This document shows positions 62,924-64,000 of a stretch of DNA of 64,000 nucleotides, one piece after another; positions within the stretch are counted from its first letter, which is position 1, and the number at the start of each line of letters is the position of its first letter. The DNA lies in the IMG/VR virus record IMGVR_UViG_3300029288_000056, positions 224,001 through 288,000 of that record; one strand, 5' to 3'. The position numbers and the translations under genes are program-made. Under the pieces are notes generated by a model that was not told the DNA's origin, did not search any database, and saw only the letters and a program-made list of their open reading frames with translations. The stretch is from a virus (lineage: Duplodnaviria; Caudoviricetes).

Positions 62924-63871
62924 CTACTTCTTCATCATTTCGTTCATGTTGAACAGGAAGTTACTTCCCGCTGGAACCATGATAACTTGAACGTTAGGGT
63001 TAAGCTTTTGAATTGCTTCCCATTGGATTACACTAGTGGACTCTTTGAGGGCGGCGTTCTTAATGCGAATAGCGTCTGCCTCTCCTTGAGCCTCGGTAAC
63101 CTTTTGCTCTGCGGTGTACTTCGCTTGGTCTGCGCGGTTCTTTGCAGTAACGACCTTTTCAAACTCAATCTGTTTCGCTTCAATAGTATCACGATAGGCC
63201 TGTGTGAACTCTATCTGGCGAATGTTAAACTCGTCGAGTATGATGTGGTTAGCTTCAAAGCGTTCCTTTAATTCGGTGTAAATCATTTGCTGTGCGTCGT
63301 AAGATGCCTTTGTGTAGAGCTCAGCTGCGGTAAACTTATTAGGTACTCGTCTTACGATAGTTCTGGTCTCTGGCTTTACGATGGTCTCTACGTAATTCTT
63401 TTCAGTACCAAGGTTTGCCAAAATCCATGGAGCTTCTTGTGGATCAATTCGGAACCGAACTGTAACGTCCAATGCGATCCTCTGCCCATCTGAGGTGTTT
63501 GCAAAGTCTTCGTTGTCTGTATACTCAGCTTGGCTTTCCTCTACATTAGAGGTTGTCTCAAAGGTCTTTTTAATTGTCGAAAACTGTACTACCTCGTCAA
63601 CAAACGGTGCCTTTGTGTGAATACCCGGTTCATAGATGGCTTCGGTAACGGCGCCGAAGTGCTTAACTACTCCAACATGTCCGGTTTCTACGGTGAAGAT
63701 CATATCGTTGATTGTGAAGGCTAACAAAAGGCCGACCACAAAAGTAACGATTGACCAGAAGATTGGCTTTCCGAACGAACTAGCCTCGTCCCAATCCTCT
63801 ACCCTTTTTAAAAGCTGCCATATTACGATCCCTATGACCAGTAACATGACGGGAAAAATAAACCATCCCAT
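62924..63871 (-). CDS. SPFH/prohibitin (band 7) membrane protein
   Basis: TM helices, VETGHVGVVKHFG, PGIHTKAPF, IEAKQ, AQGEADAI. Confidence 0.93.
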   Translation of the reverse strand: MGWFIFPVMLLVIGIVIWQLLKRVEDWDEASSFGKPIFWSIVTFVVGLLLAFTINDMIFTVETGHVGVVKHFGAVTEAIYEPGIHTKAPFVDEVVQFSTIKKTFETTSNVEESQAEYTDNEDFANTSDGQRIALDVTVRFRIDPQEAPWILANLGTEKNYVETIVKPETRTIVRRVPNKFTAAELYTKASYDAQQMIYTELKERFEANHIILDEFNIRQIEFTQAYRDTIEAKQIEFEKVVTAKNRADQAKYTAEQKVTEAQGEADAIRIKNAALKESTSVIQWEAIQKLNPNVQVIMVPAGSNFLFNMNEMMKK

Positions 63872-64000
63872 TTTAATTCCTCCTTGTTATTTTTTCTCAA
63901 TCCAACTAACTACGTATAGTGTCTGCTTTTCTGTCTCAACTCTCTGAATACCAGAGTTTACGACTAGAGGATTTGATTGTAACTTAGCGTCAAAACTCAG

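Noticed and set aside
164-63947. Most plus-strand ORFs in the track
   Set aside because: They are antisense shadows of coupled minus-strand genes. Only 44934-45314 and 45295-45690 occupy free space.
1-64000. Alternative genetic code (stop-codon reassignment)
   Set aside because: Conserved genes are full length in the standard code, all three stops are used, and no suppressor tRNA was found.

Overview
This 64 kb window reads as part of a large (jumbo-type) bacteriophage genome. Genes are densely packed and almost all on the minus strand. They include replication and repair genes (SSB, RecO, ATP-dependent DNA ligase, DnaB, DnaG, SNF2/HARP helicase), nucleotide genes (PurB, dCMP deaminase, nucleoside deoxyribosyltransferase), an ECF sigma factor, homing endonucleases, two tnpA-less TnpB genes and many small ORFans, with 18 copies of one sigma70-type promoter. 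No virion structural genes are recognisable. The standout is an RNA-centred system. (1) A Ro60/TROVE gene comes with five Y-RNA-family genes that share one terminal stem motif but carry different internal domains; two are circularly permuted tRNA mimics (YrlA-type). (2) A ~1.7 kb region with no credible protein gene (51.1-52.8 kb) has two promoter+boxA units and holds several tRNA-shell RNAs of 140-327 nt. These keep the acceptor stem, D arm and T arm but replace the anticodon/variable region with large unrelated folded cargo. (3) There are ten CCA-less tRNAs, some with odd features, further truncated tRNA mimics, a CCA-adding enzyme, an RNA ligase and a metallophosphoesterase. All product calls are from motif recognition by eye and all RNA folds were paired by hand; no search or folding program was run.
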